A stretch of 59,597 nt of DNA, the filler included, from Basidiobolus ranarum (taxonomy: Eukaryota), in NCBI GenBank assembly GCA_040143965.1. It is 11 parts of 11 records of this genome, joined end to end, with 100 filler letters (N's around TTAATTAATTAA, not from the genome) between each part and the next. Parts side by side here need not be neighbours in the genome. Positions count along the whole stretch, not along the records: positions 54,287 to 59,597 come from JASJQH010001636.1; 10 more parts are not named here. One strand, written 5' to 3'. Position 1 is the first letter of the stretch; every line of letters begins with the position of its first letter. Both the position numbers and the translations under genes were made by a program. Shown here piece after piece: positions 58,744 through 59,597 of the stretch. A model generated the notes under the pieces. It made no database searches. It was not told the DNA's origin and worked only from the letters and a program-made list of their open reading frames with translations.

Positions 58744-59540
58744 CTATGCTCAATCACAAAGGATGAAATCATTGAAGGTTTCGCATACAGTACCAGCTAT
58801 ACAAATGCTCTCTAGCTCCTCGCCGTAAACTCAAATAGTAGACTTCTGTAAAACTCCTGAATCGACGAACTTGTATGCGCCTTCGGTACAACCAGAGCGG
58901 ATAGGTATGAGAATATTGGAGGATGAAACGGCGGTAGCAGTAAAAGAGCTGATAGGTGCGGGAATATTGGAAGCTAAAACTGAAGTAGCAGTAAACGTGG
59001 CGGTACGAGCTACTGCAACAGTAGTAGGAACATATTGTGTGAATCATTAGTGATTTCAGTGGCCGTGTGAGACTCAGTAGTAGCTTTTGAAGGCTTTTGT
59101 GAGTCGGTGATGACTTCAGTAGGCTAGTGAGGGTCGATTGTAGCCTCAGTAGACTTTTGAGAGACAGTGACCTTATGAGACTGGGTAGTTGCCTGTGAAG
59201 GCTTGTGAGATTCCATAGTGAGATTCCATAGTGACCTCAGTGGCCTTGTGAGACTTGTTACTGACTTTAGTAGACTTTTGAGAGTCAGTAGAGGTTTCAG
59301 TCGGCATGTGAGCTTCGGGTATAGCCTTGGAGGGCTTTTGAGACTCCGCTTTAGCCTGGGTAGACTTGCAACAGTCAGTAGAAACTTCAGTAGACTTGTG
59401 AGACTCGGTAGTGGATTTAGTAGATTTGTGCAGGTCAGTAGAGGCTTCAGTGGGCTGGGGAGATTCGGTTGAAGACTTGGTAGGCGTGTGAGATTCGGTT
59501 GTAGCCTTGGTAGGCTTGTGAAAGCCAGTAGTAGCATATA
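58744..59540 (-). pseudogene. Decayed paralog: His/Thr repeat stalk plus C-terminal CBM19-like chitin-binding module
   Basis: Frameshifted 30-nt repeats (13-bp duplication at ~59207-59235), then GCTEGAYKFVDSG...TI*VYGEE..SICIAGTVCETFNDFILCD*A*. Two Cys and a Trp of the CBM19-like pattern are mutated. Confidence 0.75.
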
Positions 59541-59597
59541 TGGATGAAATTATAAAAATGTATCCATTGATCCACCGCCTTAAAAGTAAAAACCTAG

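Overview
This is not one continuous locus. It is 11 unrelated ~5.3-kb contigs in non-increasing length order, joined by artificial 100-nt N/TTAATTAATTAA/N linkers, so nothing can be inferred across linkers. The source looks like an early-diverging fungus (Zoopagomycota/Mucoromycota; Basidiobolus-like is a guess). This rests on a fungal LSU rDNA D2 fragment, ~60-70 nt spliceosomal introns, a GLUD1-type glutamate dehydrogenase, and a zygomycete-type Cys-rich secreted protein. Six contigs (1-4, 6, 10) are dominated by decayed, strongly CpG-depleted Ty1/copia elements (primed by a half tRNA-iMet) and gypsy elements. They also hold a 182-bp MITE with 10-bp TIRs and 3-bp TSDs. Host-gene contigs carry a 5-exon ZNHIT3/HIT1 gene, a STIMATE/TMEM110-like exon, a cob NUMT, two bacterial-type phosphodiester glycosidase paralogs, a BCS1-like AAA ATPase, a head-to-head GDH pair, and a tandem family of Cys-rich, His/Thr-repeat, CBM19-type proteins. 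The most unusual part is contig 9 (43456-48775). It is very AT-rich and intronless, with degenerate ~100-bp intergenic repeat arrays. It encodes a PD-(D/E)xK-like nuclease, two membrane-anchored glycoproteins, a two-TM protein resembling PAC/TMEM206-ENaC channels, and an AIG1-like GTPase with a lipidation motif; several of these carry single lesions. It is a candidate endogenous giant-virus-like element, but no viral hallmark gene is visible. A smaller island of similar style sits at ~7050-8720. All family assignments come from motif recognition by eye and have not been confirmed by any search.
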